A stretch of 64,000 nucleotides of DNA from Flavobacteriales bacterium (GTDB taxonomy: Bacteria; Bacteroidota; Bacteroidia; Flavobacteriales_C; GCA-002722245), in the NCBI GenBank assembly GCA_002722245.1, contig PBLA01000001.1, positions 22,292 through 86,291 of the forward strand. Reading direction: 5' to 3'. The notes under the pieces are model-generated. The model worked only from the letters and a program-made list of their open reading frames with translations, was not told the origin of the DNA and did no database searches. Position numbers and translations under genes: made by a program. How positions within the stretch are numbered: position 1 is the first letter of the stretch; every line of letters starts with the position of its first letter. This document shows positions 18,759 to 29,141 of this stretch, in pieces.

Positions 18759-21700
18759 TTATTTAGACATTCTGGATTTAAACTTTCGCATGGATCGCTC
18801 TGTGCCCAACATAAACGAGTAGGGGCCTTTCTCTTTTGGACCTTTGAATTCTCTTTTATCGGGTTTTAACTCAGTAATAATTGCATTAAAGGCGGCATCA
18901 GATGAAATTACCCTCATTACTCCATTGTTATAGTCAAAGAAGTACCATGTTTCTTCGTCTATTTCAATATAGATCGTTAGTCGCTCTCGGGTTTTCTTTC
19001 TCACAAGTTCAATGTGTCCGTTCACAAACTTGTTTACTTGTTTTTTGTCTATCACTCCAATACCTATTTTGTTTCCTTGTGATTTAAAGGATTGAGTGGT
19101 TTGATCCCATTCCATTTTTACATCCGAAAACATAATGTTGTGACGAACCTCTTTGGCAACTTTTTTAAAGGCTCCGTAAAGGTTTAGTTCGGATACTAAT
19201 TTGTCTCCAAGTTCTTTTCCTGCCATTTCTCTTATGGCTTTACCGTATACTAATCGTGTATTGTCTACGGGTTCCAGTTTAGGGTTACCTAGCATATTGT
19301 CCAACATGTGTGTCCACATTTTTTCGTCGAGGAAAAAATCAACAGCAAGCGCTCCATCTACTTTTACACCATTGGTAAATGGATCATGGTTTACTACACC
19401 ATAGTTAGTGAAGTTGACTTGCCCTAGTTTTTCATTGCCAAGTTGAATTTTACCTTCACCTCGAACGGAACACATTTGCGTATTTAAGGCAACAAAATTT
19501 CCAGGGAAGTTAGATTCTCTTAATTTTTCTTTGTTAGACAGCTGGTATTCATCTTCTTTTTCGTTGTAATTTAAAAAGCCATGGGCTGAAATTAAACTGT
19601 TGTCACTATGGTATTTTTGTGGCGATAAAAATGCGGAATAGAGATGCGTGGAATCTACTTTTAGTAAAACTCCAGATCCCAATTTTGTTCCTTTTGCTTT
19701 GCCCGGAAGCCATGCTTGAATTCCTTCTTCAACAGGAATTAATACATTAGCAGGGTCAATGTCACTTTCAAATCCAATCCAAGCTTTAGCAAGCTTTTTA
19801 CAATCATGTTGTAAATAAGTGGCTCCACGGAAATTCATCCCTTTCTTGGTGGCTTCTATTTTAGAAGTTCCTTTAAAGTGGAAATGGTCACTGAGCATGA
19901 ATTTGTCATCTTCTTTAATATCACCGCTTGCTACGGTTTGGTAGGCTGAATCTACACGTACATTGTTAAAGTGAATGAGTTGCTTTTTCCCTTTTCCATC
20001 AACATATTCGTAATCTCCTTCTGCGGTGTAATCTCTTCGTGCGATAACTTTTACTTTTGCTTTTGTAATTGTGTGGTATTTTGTAGTGATATTGGCGATG
20101 ATTTTAGCGTCTTCTAAAGGCTTCATATTGGCGTTTTTTCGCACCTCAACTTCTCCATCGCTAGTAAAAACTCGTGCATCAGCTACATTGATGAATTTTA
20201 CTTCATGGGCTTTTATAATGTATTTCCGCAAATCGTAGTTGGCTTTTGGTGAGATAAAGCGCAAGGAATCTTGAGAGGGGAGTGTTGAAATAAACTCGGA
20301 CCCTGATAAATCGAGATCGTCACGACCTTCTTGTGCTCCAGCATCTGTTGTTTTCTTGGATTTCTCAGAAGAAGATAGTTCAAGTTCATACTTGTCCATA
20401 AACCATTTGAATTTATCCATGAAACAGATGTATTTATTCATAGGGAAATCAACAAAAGAAGCTCCTCCGTTTGCTAAAAATTCTCCTTCGCGTTTTATAA
20501 AATCAATTTTTGCATTTACATCGTTTGTGGCAAACGCAATACCTCCGTTTTCCCCCTCGGATGTAAGGGTGTCTGCCTTTAATTTGAAGTCGGAGGTGTC
20601 GGCATTAAAAGTCATGTTTTGAAATTCAAAAATTTGTGATTTTAAGTCGGCATTTTCAAATTCTATCCTTCCTTTTCCTGTTAATTCTTTAGGGTCGTAG
20701 CGCAAAACTCCGTGCATAAATGCTTTGTCGTCGTACATTTTCATAGGAATTTCTCGCTTAGCCATTTTGAAATAGTCGTCCGAAGAGTAATAGGCCACAT
20801 TTACTTTTTGTCCCTCTACTTTAGGGTACTCAACGCCTGATTTTTGCGGCTCAATAATGGAACTTTGGGCTGGAGCATTCATGGAATCTAAATAGAATAC
20901 AAAGGCATTTGATTTTGTGGTACTTGTGATGTATTCAAAGTCTCCGTCACCCATTAAACCTTGATTACTTAAGTTAATTTCGTTGTAAAAGGTTGCTTTT
21001 CCTCCGTAAACTGGATAACCTTCGGGTGGGGTTTTTCGCTTAAAGCCAAGAGAGTGATCAGGCATTAGTTTCAAGGGTTCTCTAAAATCAGGAAAGATGC
21101 CTCCTGAATAAAATGTTCCTGGGAAATTTAATGCCTTGTCAGAGAAGGTTCCCATACTGTCTACTGTAAAGGTGTCTAGTTGAAAATATACTTTATCAGG
21201 GTCATAGGCCTTTCCTCTGAGGTTTCGTTTGTTGTAACGGACATATGATTTTTTATCTGAATGGAAGAGGGGATATTGCGGAAAGGAATCAGAAAGAATA
21301 CCTGATTTATTAAATGGCCAGTCAATTTCCAGTTTTCCAGATATATCTTCTATGACACTTCGAACCATGGTAATAGGAACTTGTAATTTACCATCTGCTC
21401 GGGTTCGCCATTTACTCTTATCAAGCATTCCTGCTTTTAATCGTACAGAATCTAATTCGTTTAATCCTATTCCGAAATCGTCGTAGTTAAATTCAAAATT
21501 TTTACCCCAAAATTCAAAACGTTCTGATCGGATTATTCCACCAAATGACATGGCTCGGTTTCGGTGGATTTTTAGGGTTTGGTTTTCAGGAATAAAACCT
21601 GTTTTCCTTGCTCTACTTAATGCCACACCATTTACTCCACGAAGGGTGATGTCATAATTAATGAGGTTCATGCTTGCGTTGGCCTCGCCTTTAATGTCGG

Positions 21701-23414
21701 AAACGATTTCAATGTTGTCATAATCTCCTTTCTTTGATTTGGCATTCATCCATTCAAATAATCTGTCTTGAACGGTGACTATTCCTTCTTCAATATTGTA
21801 AATTAGGAATCCTTTTGCGGCTAATCGTACACAAAGTCGTTGAACAGATTGGTAGTCTTTCCGAATATAATTGGCTAAATCAGCATCTTTAAAAGTGCGT
21901 TCTTCAAAGTTTTCGTCCATTACAAATTTCTTAATACTGTATAAAGGGTGTACACTTTGTAAACCTTGCATTTGCATGAATTTGTCGTTGGAAAAGAAAC
22001 TGTTTGATTCCAATCGCATTATACCAGAACTGGATCCCGGTATCGTTAGGAAGTCCATGTAATCCTTGTCAATTTGCCATTTTAACCACTCGATTTCCAT
22101 ATCCATTCTGTGAAAGGTGTTATAATAGGGTGACGCGCCAATTCCTTTCCCTTCGCAATAGAGGGTAAGTTCTCTTTTATTTGTAAGGAATTTCAATTGA
22201 AGGGCAGGATGGAAGATAGAATCCGTGTCAAGTGCCATGGTTATTGCGGCATAACGGGTTGCAATTCTTTTGTCATCAATTTTAAAGGATTGAGATTTTG
22301 CGATGAGAAATGGCTTGCCATGTCGTTTGATGGTGATTTTAGCAAGTTTTCCATCTACGATTTTACCAATGAAGTTTTTTCCTTTGATCATGAATCCTCC
22401 TTCATAATCTAAGCTGTCTTCGATTTCTTCAATTAATACTTTACCTGAATAGGATTCAAAACGAGGATAGGTAGCATTGTTGGTATCCACATTCGCTAAA
22501 AGTTTTTCTTCTAGCTTACCTTTGAGCATGTAGTCAAAGTATTTGGTGTTTTTATAATCTACTGAATCAGCTTTGTATTTAGAGGATTTTAACTCAATTG
22601 TATACTCGCTTAATTCGGCATAAGATTGTTCCTCGGGTATTCCTGCGCGGGTCCATAATACGCGTCCACCTTTTCCTTTCCATTTTCCTGTGGTAGGATA
22701 AAACGCTCCTTTTGTATTGTATATTCTGGCGGTGTCATTTTTTGCCACGCAATACAGATCCATGCGTGGAAAAACAACTTTTGGTAAACTGTCATAATCA
22801 AATGAAAATGTTGGTGAGGTTCCCTGCCATTTTACATTTTGAGTCACGTATACAGAGTTGTATAAAAAGATATTATTACAATTTGTAAGAAATACAGTGA
22901 AATATCGCTTTTTGTCGTCAATGAGCTTATTCACAGTGATATTCCATGCGTCAAAGGAATCTTCTGATTGAAAAGTGGTGAAAAAACTGATTACGGAGTA
23001 GAGGTAAATTTTAAAATCAGGGATGGCTTTCATCCGCTTTTTTAACATCTTATTACACATCATAATAATCATTTGAATTTGGTAGTTGTTCAACTTTCCA
23101 CTTTCAAAACCATAAACAAATGTGCTGGATGCGTTTAATTTCTTGAGTCTTTTTTGATAAACTAAATTGGCAATTTTATATATTTTTTCTTCTTGTTTCG
23201 GTTTTACAAGGTCCATTGGCCAAAGTGCTCTAAATTCGGCCATGATTAAGTCTGCCTCTTCCTCACTGGTTTTTCGAATAAATCCCTCTAATTCTTCAAT
23301 GAATTGCTCTTTATCATTGGAAAATTGCTTAAATGTTTGCCCTTGAAGTCCAAAACAGCAAAGAGCAATTATTGAGGTTATTATTATTTTTTTGTAAAAG
23401 CCAGGCATAACCAA
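18759..23414 (-). CDS. Very large (1551 aa) secreted protein of unknown function
   Basis: N-terminal signal peptide; Lys/Asp/Phe/Tyr-rich; ends KFKSRMSK (no C-terminal aromatic, so unlikely classic OM beta-barrel); 31-nt overlap with prmA 3' end. Confidence 0.7.
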   Translation of the reverse strand: MVMPGFYKKIIITSIIALCCFGLQGQTFKQFSNDKEQFIEELEGFIRKTSEEEADLIMAEFRALWPMDLVKPKQEEKIYKIANLVYQKRLKKLNASSTFVYGFESGKLNNYQIQMIIMMCNKMLKKRMKAIPDFKIYLYSVISFFTTFQSEDSFDAWNITVNKLIDDKKRYFTVFLTNCNNIFLYNSVYVTQNVKWQGTSPTFSFDYDSLPKVVFPRMDLYCVAKNDTARIYNTKGAFYPTTGKWKGKGGRVLWTRAGIPEEQSYAELSEYTIELKSSKYKADSVDYKNTKYFDYMLKGKLEEKLLANVDTNNATYPRFESYSGKVLIEEIEDSLDYEGGFMIKGKNFIGKIVDGKLAKITIKRHGKPFLIAKSQSFKIDDKRIATRYAAITMALDTDSIFHPALQLKFLTNKRELTLYCEGKGIGASPYYNTFHRMDMEIEWLKWQIDKDYMDFLTIPGSSSGIMRLESNSFFSNDKFMQMQGLQSVHPLYSIKKFVMDENFEERTFKDADLANYIRKDYQSVQRLCVRLAAKGFLIYNIEEGIVTVQDRLFEWMNAKSKKGDYDNIEIVSDIKGEANASMNLINYDITLRGVNGVALSRARKTGFIPENQTLKIHRNRAMSFGGIIRSERFEFWGKNFEFNYDDFGIGLNELDSVRLKAGMLDKSKWRTRADGKLQVPITMVRSVIEDISGKLEIDWPFNKSGILSDSFPQYPLFHSDKKSYVRYNKRNLRGKAYDPDKVYFQLDTFTVDSMGTFSDKALNFPGTFYSGGIFPDFREPLKLMPDHSLGFKRKTPPEGYPVYGGKATFYNEINLSNQGLMGDGDFEYITSTTKSNAFVFYLDSMNAPAQSSIIEPQKSGVEYPKVEGQKVNVAYYSSDDYFKMAKREIPMKMYDDKAFMHGVLRYDPKELTGKGRIEFENADLKSQIFEFQNMTFNADTSDFKLKADTLTSEGENGGIAFATNDVNAKIDFIKREGEFLANGGASFVDFPMNKYICFMDKFKWFMDKYELELSSSEKSKKTTDAGAQEGRDDLDLSGSEFISTLPSQDSLRFISPKANYDLRKYIIKAHEVKFINVADARVFTSDGEVEVRKNANMKPLEDAKIIANITTKYHTITKAKVKVIARRDYTAEGDYEYVDGKGKKQLIHFNNVRVDSAYQTVASGDIKEDDKFMLSDHFHFKGTSKIEATKKGMNFRGATYLQHDCKKLAKAWIGFESDIDPANVLIPVEEGIQAWLPGKAKGTKLGSGVLLKVDSTHLYSAFLSPQKYHSDNSLISAHGFLNYNEKEDEYQLSNKEKLRESNFPGNFVALNTQMCSVRGEGKIQLGNEKLGQVNFTNYGVVNHDPFTNGVKVDGALAVDFFLDEKMWTHMLDNMLGNPKLEPVDNTRLVYGKAIREMAGKELGDKLVSELNLYGAFKKVAKEVRHNIMFSDVKMEWDQTTQSFKSQGNKIGIGVIDKKQVNKFVNGHIELVRKKTRERLTIYIEIDEETWYFFDYNNGVMRVISSDAAFNAIITELKPDKREFKGPKEKGPYSFMLGTERSMRKFKSRMSK

Positions 23415-24217
23415 TTCTCTTTATTCAGTTTATTAATAGGGGTTAAGTTGTGTTGGATTGCGCAATCTGAAATTGCGTGTTCATCAAAAAGTAAAAATCC
23501 ACTTAAAACCAATTGTCCTCCTTGTTTTAATATTCTAGCATACTCAGTCATTTGATCCATGAGTATGTTTTTATTGATGTTTGCAAAAACAACATCAAAT
23601 GAACGGTTAGAAATTTGTTCTTTTCCGCCTTTTTTTATGTTCAATTCAACATGGTTATTCTGGGCGTTTTCTATGCAATTTGCTACAGCACCCTCCTCGA
23701 TATCAATAGCCTCTACATATTGCGCTCCCATTTTTTTAGCAAGGATAGCTAATACACCAGTTCCTGTTCCCATGTCCAGAACATCTTTCCCCTTTAAGTT
23801 GATGCACTGCATATTCTGTACCATCATGTAAGTGGTTTCGTGATGCCCAGTCCCAAATGACATTTTGGGTGAAATTTTTACGTAATGCTGAGTATTGTAT
23901 TCACCGCTATGAAACGGGGCAATTATCGCACACCAATCACCTACAATAATTGGTTCAAAGGATGACTCCCAAACTTTATTCCAATTTTCACTAGGAATCT
24001 CTTCCAATATGTAGGAGAGCTTAATTTCCCCTCGATCGCTTAATGCAATGATGAATGATTCCAGTTCAGAAGTGAAATGAATTGAGGGTATGTAAGCATT
24101 AAATCCATTAGGAGTTTCCTCGAAGCTGTCACAGCCTTTTTCTCCAAGTTCATCTATAAATAGATCAACCCAGGGATCCCTGGGTTGAATATTTAATGCT
24201 ATTTTGTGATAGTTCAT
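23384..24217 (-). CDS. prmA: Ribosomal protein L11 methyltransferase
   Basis: SAM motif VLDMGTGTGVLAILAKKMGA. Confidence 0.9.
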   Translation of the reverse strand: MNYHKIALNIQPRDPWVDLFIDELGEKGCDSFEETPNGFNAYIPSIHFTSELESFIIALSDRGEIKLSYILEEIPSENWNKVWESSFEPIIVGDWCAIIAPFHSGEYNTQHYVKISPKMSFGTGHHETTYMMVQNMQCINLKGKDVLDMGTGTGVLAILAKKMGAQYVEAIDIEEGAVANCIENAQNNHVELNIKKGGKEQISNRSFDVVFANINKNILMDQMTEYARILKQGGQLVLSGFLLFDEHAISDCAIQHNLTPINKLNKENWLCLAFTKK

Positions 24218-24978
24218 TAATTGAAAGCAGTGATGATTCCAATGAAGTCTTCTGCTTTCAGTGATGCTCCTCCAATTAAACCTCCGTCTACGTCTTTCTT
24301 TCCAAAAATTTCGGCTGCATTCGATGGCTTACATGATCCACCGTAAAGAATCGGGGTTTCATTTGCGATTCCCTCACCGTATTGTTCAGTAACACAACTT
24401 CTAATAAATGCATGCATATCTTGAGCTTGATCTGGAGAGGCTGTTAAACCTGTTCCAATTGCCCAAACCGGCTCATAAGCAATAACGACTTTAGCAAAAT
24501 CTTCTGCGCTTAAATGAAACAATTCTGCTTCAATTTGACCTCCAACGATTTTGTTTTGTTGTCCACTTTCTCTTTCCTCTTTAACTTCTCCACAGCAGTA
24601 AATAGGTGTGAGTCCTTGTGCAAGAACAGCATCAACTTTTTTTGCAATATCTGTAGAGTTTTCCCCAAAATATTCTCTTCGCTCGGAGTGTCCGATAATG
24701 ACATATCCTACACCAACGCTTTTTAACATCTCTGCTGAAATTTCTCCGGTGTAAGCACCGCTTGCCTCTTGATGAACGTTTTGTGCAGAAACATTTACCG
24801 CTGAACCTCCGGCTGCTTTAACTGCTTCGGATAAGTTTACATAAGGTGGGGATACAACCACCGTTACATCGCTTGCGTCTACTTTTGCTAATTCATTTTT
24901 TAAATCTTCAACCAACTGTACTCCTTCATTTACAGTTTTGTTCATTTTCCAGTTTCCTGCAACAATTTTACGTGCCAT
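24217..24978 (-). CDS. tpiA: Triosephosphate isomerase
   Basis: AGNWKMNK, IGHSERR, AYEPVWAIGTG motifs. Confidence 0.95.
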   Translation of the reverse strand: MARKIVAGNWKMNKTVNEGVQLVEDLKNELAKVDASDVTVVVSPPYVNLSEAVKAAGGSAVNVSAQNVHQEASGAYTGEISAEMLKSVGVGYVIIGHSERREYFGENSTDIAKKVDAVLAQGLTPIYCCGEVKEERESGQQNKIVGGQIEAELFHLSAEDFAKVVIAYEPVWAIGTGLTASPDQAQDMHAFIRSCVTEQYGEGIANETPILYGGSCKPSNAAEIFGKKDVDGGLIGGASLKAEDFIGIITAFN

Positions 24979-24988
24979 AACTCAATTT

Positions 24989-26353
24989 TTATTTATTTAA
25001 AAAGTCTTTCTCAATATCTTCAAAGGTCGGGAAATCATAGTAATGCCATTTATCCAAAACCAAATCTTTTTTCCACAAAAATAATCCGGGACTTGCTCGA
25101 ATCATTGTTTTTAATTCTTTATCATCACAGTTGTAGAATTTTACTTTTGTTTTCATTTCTTGACGGAAGGCATCAATTTTATTTACATCGTATTCCGAAG
25201 TAAGAACTGAAAAGTAAAATGTTTGATTTTTATTGAGTGGATAGAGTTCCTGAAATTTCTTGTAATATTTTTCTCCTTTGGATGATTTGTTGAAATGCCA
25301 TCCATCATTGGCCATAGTAAACTCACCGAAAAAGCTGAGATCTCTAATTACTAACACAAAGCGATAATTGGTGTCATTTAACATGATTTGTATTTTATCC
25401 TCATCATCCTGAAAAGAATAGGCTGTGAGGTCAGTTATTTTAGGATCTTCATCTGGTTTGAAAATCATCGTGGTGTCTTTTATTAAAGTCCAGTCGTCTT
25501 TTAGCGCTTCGGGAATAGCAATTACTTTATTGGTTTGTCCTGTACTTTTTATATTAATTAGTTTAATGTTTAATTCCCCATCTACTTCTCTAAAATAAGG
25601 CTGGGTGGAATCATTTGGATTAATATATGGCTTCCAATTTTGATAATCGTCTGGGTAGTTTGCCATTTCAGCAATTGCGCCATTGGTTTTGTGCTGAAGC
25701 TTATATAAAATAAGAGGATTCCCTTTTTTTGTTTCCATTTGCTCTAAGAGATGATTGCCTATTGCATAAGCTCTGTGATCTGCATATGGAAGGTGATTGT
25801 ATGCGTAAAAGGTGAATAAAAAGAATGTTATCCAGGAGGAAAAGAGTACAATTTTATCTCCTACTGGAGTTAAAAAAGAGTTTATCTTTTTTCGAGCTAA
25901 AACAATTGGAATAATCCACACGAGAAGGTAAAGATCTTTTAAGAAGCTCGTTTTTGGCGTTAGTGGGATAAAATCTCCAAAGCATCCACATGATCTTACT
26001 AAGTCCCAATACCAACTTACAAATGTGAGGAAGGTAAAGAATATGATGAGTACTAATAGCCATAGGGCTACTCTGCGCATATTAATCCCTAATAAGGTGA
26101 GAATTCCAAGAACAATTTCAAATACAACAATGAAAATAGAGAGAGGCAAGGCGATATGCGCCATCCATTCCATGGGCACGGCAAGAAGGCCCATGCCATT
26201 TTCTGAAAGAATTTTTGCAAATACCTCAAAGTATTCTTCTAGCTTATAGGAAAATCCTAAAGCGTCATTGGCTTTAATCAATCCTGAGAATATGAATAGA
26301 CCTCCAATTTGAATTCTGCAGATCCAAACAATTATTTTGAAAATTAAGTTCAT
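24989..26353 (-). CDS. DoxX-family membrane protein with C-terminal thioredoxin-like extracytoplasmic domain
   Basis: N-terminal 4-TM DoxX-like region; soluble C-terminal ~250 aa. Confidence 0.6.
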   Translation of the reverse strand: MNLIFKIIVWICRIQIGGLFIFSGLIKANDALGFSYKLEEYFEVFAKILSENGMGLLAVPMEWMAHIALPLSIFIVVFEIVLGILTLLGINMRRVALWLLVLIIFFTFLTFVSWYWDLVRSCGCFGDFIPLTPKTSFLKDLYLLVWIIPIVLARKKINSFLTPVGDKIVLFSSWITFFLFTFYAYNHLPYADHRAYAIGNHLLEQMETKKGNPLILYKLQHKTNGAIAEMANYPDDYQNWKPYINPNDSTQPYFREVDGELNIKLINIKSTGQTNKVIAIPEALKDDWTLIKDTTMIFKPDEDPKITDLTAYSFQDDEDKIQIMLNDTNYRFVLVIRDLSFFGEFTMANDGWHFNKSSKGEKYYKKFQELYPLNKNQTFYFSVLTSEYDVNKIDAFRQEMKTKVKFYNCDDKELKTMIRASPGLFLWKKDLVLDKWHYYDFPTFEDIEKDFLNK

Positions 26354-26408
26354 TTTTTCCTGTTTCCTCTGAATTTATAAAATCAAAGGAAATCTTTCTT
26401 TTTTTTAA

Positions 26409-26963
26409 CTAAACATTAACGCTTTTCGCTTCTCCAAGTCGAATTAACGCAAAAATGGAGTAATTAATCATATCCAAGTAATTGGCATCTAATCCTTCGC
26501 TAACGATGGTTTTACCTTCATTATCTTCAATAGATTTAACTCTAAGTAATTTCATTAAGATTAAATCGGTGAGTGAACTAACGCGCATTTCTCGCCAAGC
26601 TTCACCGTAATCATGATTTTTATTCGCCATTAAATCTTTGGCAGTTTTTAAATAACCAGCGTGAAGATTGGCTATTTTTTGTTCGTTGGTATCTTCACCA
26701 ACAGCTGCTCCTAATTCAAGTTGAATGATCGCCATTACGCAATAGTTGATTATACCAATGTATTCGGGTACAATTCCTTCTCCAACTTTTGACTCTCCCT
26801 TTTGTTCGAGTGTTCTTATTCGTTGGGCTTTAATAAAAATTTGATCCGTGAGCGAGGTGGTTCGTAGTATTCTCCAAGCGGTTCCGTAATCCTTCATTTT
26901 TTTCAAAAATAAGTCGGAACATTTAGCGATTATAACATCAAATTCTGCAGCTGTGTTGCTCAT
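26409..26963 (-). CDS. DUF1599-family protein (tandem duplicated domain)
   Basis: Internal duplication DYGTAWRILRTTSLTDQIFIKAQRIRTLE / DYGEAWREMRVSSLTDLILMKLLRVKSIE; divergent from folP. Confidence 0.6.
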   Translation of the reverse strand: MSNTAAEFDVIIAKCSDLFLKKMKDYGTAWRILRTTSLTDQIFIKAQRIRTLEQKGESKVGEGIVPEYIGIINYCVMAIIQLELGAAVGEDTNEQKIANLHAGYLKTAKDLMANKNHDYGEAWREMRVSSLTDLILMKLLRVKSIEDNEGKTIVSEGLDANYLDMINYSIFALIRLGEAKSVNV

Positions 26964-26972
26964 TTTTTATTT

Positions 26973-27836
26973 TTGCTTGATATGAACGTGAAAGATAACC
27001 CATTTTCCAAAAAGTTTTGTATTCAAATTGGAGAGAAAACAATTGATTTTTCAACACCCAAAATAATGGGCGTGTTAAATGTGACGCCAGATTCATTTTT
27101 TGATGGCGGAAAAAACAATTCTTTGGAGAATGCATTGCTGCAAGCGAAGAAAATGATTGAGGAGGGTGTAGATATAATTGATATTGGAGGCTATTCTTCA
27201 AGACCAGGTGCGGCAGAAGTATCTCTAGAGGAAGAATTAGCACGAACAGTTCCTATTGTGCGAGCGATTCATGAACGGTTTCCTGAAGTAATCCTCTCAA
27301 TTGATACGTTTAGAAAAACGGTTGCTGAAATGAATATTGATGCAGGTGCTCTTTTTGTGAATGATATTTCTGCAGGGAATTTAGATGCAGAGATGATTCC
27401 TTGGATAAAGGCTAAGCGAATTCCTTACATTGCGATGCATATGAGAGGAAATCCGCAAACCATGAAAACGCATTGTGAATATGATAATTTATTGCAGGAT
27501 GTTGTTGCTGAACTTTTAGATTCCTTAAAAGAGCTAGAGGACGACCATCCACTAATTTTAGATCCTGGTTTTGGGTTTTCCAAAACGGTGGATCAAAATT
27601 ATGAACTCATGAATAATTTGGATTGTTTTGCGAAGTTGAAGCAGCCTTTCTTAGTAGGTGTTAGTAGGAAATCTATGATTTATAAAGTGTTAAATTCTCG
27701 TCCTGAATATGCTTTAAATGGAACCACTGTTTTGAATACTGTTGGTGTTTTAAGTGGGGCAAGTGTTTTACGGGTTCATGATGTAAAAGAGGCTAAAGAA
27801 TGTGTTAATCTTTTGAATAAAGTATTGGCGTCATAA
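26973..27836 (+). CDS. folP: Dihydropteroate synthase
   Basis: MGVLNVTPDSFFDGG pterin-binding motif. Confidence 0.9.
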   Translation: MLDMNVKDNPFSKKFCIQIGEKTIDFSTPKIMGVLNVTPDSFFDGGKNNSLENALLQAKKMIEEGVDIIDIGGYSSRPGAAEVSLEEELARTVPIVRAIHERFPEVILSIDTFRKTVAEMNIDAGALFVNDISAGNLDAEMIPWIKAKRIPYIAMHMRGNPQTMKTHCEYDNLLQDVVAELLDSLKELEDDHPLILDPGFGFSKTVDQNYELMNNLDCFAKLKQPFLVGVSRKSMIYKVLNSRPEYALNGTTVLNTVGVLSGASVLRVHDVKEAKECVNLLNKVLAS

Positions 27837-27901
27837 AACTACTTTATTTCTTTTGGACGGCATCTTAAGTGCTCACAAAGGTAGGGGTAGAATCAACAAT
27901 G

Positions 27902-29068
27902 TTAGGCAATTACACCGGATCCAATTAATTCATTTTCATCGTACCATGCCGCAAATTGACCGGAAGCAATTCCTCTTTGGTTTTCGGTAAATGTCATATA
28001 AATCCCCTCTCTCGTCATGCATAAGGTAGCTTCACAAAGTGCTTGGCGATATCGTATACGACTCAAGTATTGCCGCGTTTCTCCAGGGGTCATTTTCAAA
28101 TCTTCTCTTGTCCAATGAATTTCATCAGCGGCAATAAATAATCCTTTTCTATTTAAACCAGGGTGATCATGACCTTGGCCTGCGTAAACAATGTTTTTGT
28201 GAATATCTGTTTCAATTACAAAAAGAGGTTCGATTTTACCTCCAACACCTAATCCTTTTCTTTGTCCTACTGTGAAAAAATGAGCGCCATTATGATGTCC
28301 TACAATTGTGCCTTGGTCGGGTTGATGTTGGTAGGGTGTAGTTAATTCTTTAAGGGATTGCTTCTTCTTGTTATAAATTGAGGCATTTTTAGGGATTTCA
28401 ATAATTTCTCCTTTTTTTGCTTTTAATTGTTGTTGAAGGAATTCAGGTAAATGTACTTTGCCAATAAAGCAAAGACCTTGAGAGTCTTTTTTATTTGCGG
28501 TAACCAATTTTTGCTCTTCTGCAATTTTTCGCACTTCTGATTTTTGTAAATGCCCTATTGGAAATAAAGCTTTAGCGAGTTGATTCTGTTTAAGCTGACA
28601 AAGAAAATAGCTTTGATCTTTGTTTTTGTCTTCGCCTGCTTTGAGTTGATAAATAGTTTGTTTATCTCGCTCAAAGGATGATTTTTGACAATAATGTCCC
28701 GTTGCAACATAATCTGCACCCAGTTCTAAACATTTATCTAGAAAAACATCGAATTTTATTTCTCGATTACAAAGAACATCTGGATTCGGTGTTCTTCCCT
28801 TTTCATATTCATTGAACATGTAATCAACGATACGTTCTTTGTATACCTGTGAAAAGTCAATAACTTGAAAGGGGATGTCTAATTTTTCAGCCACTAACAA
28901 AGCGTCTGTTGAGTCTTCAACCCATGGACATTCCGCTTCTAATGTTACGGAGGCATCCACCCAGTTTTTCATGAAAAGCCCGATAACTTCATATCCTTGC
29001 TCTTTCAATAAGTAGGCCGCTACACTGGAATCAACGCCACCACTTAATCCTACAACAACTCTTTTCAT
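27902..29068 (-). CDS. mnmA: tRNA-specific 2-thiouridylase
   Basis: PP-loop [17 protein letters not shown]; start moved to MKRVVVGL (ORF track extends to 29113). Confidence 0.9.
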   Translation of the reverse strand: MKRVVVGLSGGVDSSVAAYLLKEQGYEVIGLFMKNWVDASVTLEAECPWVEDSTDALLVAEKLDIPFQVIDFSQVYKERIVDYMFNEYEKGRTPNPDVLCNREIKFDVFLDKCLELGADYVATGHYCQKSSFERDKQTIYQLKAGEDKNKDQSYFLCQLKQNQLAKALFPIGHLQKSEVRKIAEEQKLVTANKKDSQGLCFIGKVHLPEFLQQQLKAKKGEIIEIPKNASIYNKKKQSLKELTTPYQHQPDQGTIVGHHNGAHFFTVGQRKGLGVGGKIEPLFVIETDIHKNIVYAGQGHDHPGLNRKGLFIAADEIHWTREDLKMTPGETRQYLSRIRYRQALCEATLCMTREGIYMTFTENQRGIASGQFAAWYDENELIGSGVIA

Positions 29069-29141
29069 AATGTAAAGATAGTTATTTGTGAATGGATATC
29101 CTTTTGATTCCATGAGTTAAACATTGTTTATCTTTACAGTT

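Noticed and set aside
26938-27243. 101-aa minus-strand ORF overlapping the folP start
   Set aside because: Overlaps the conserved folP N-terminus. The DUF1599 gene ending at 26963 explains the minus-strand coding here.
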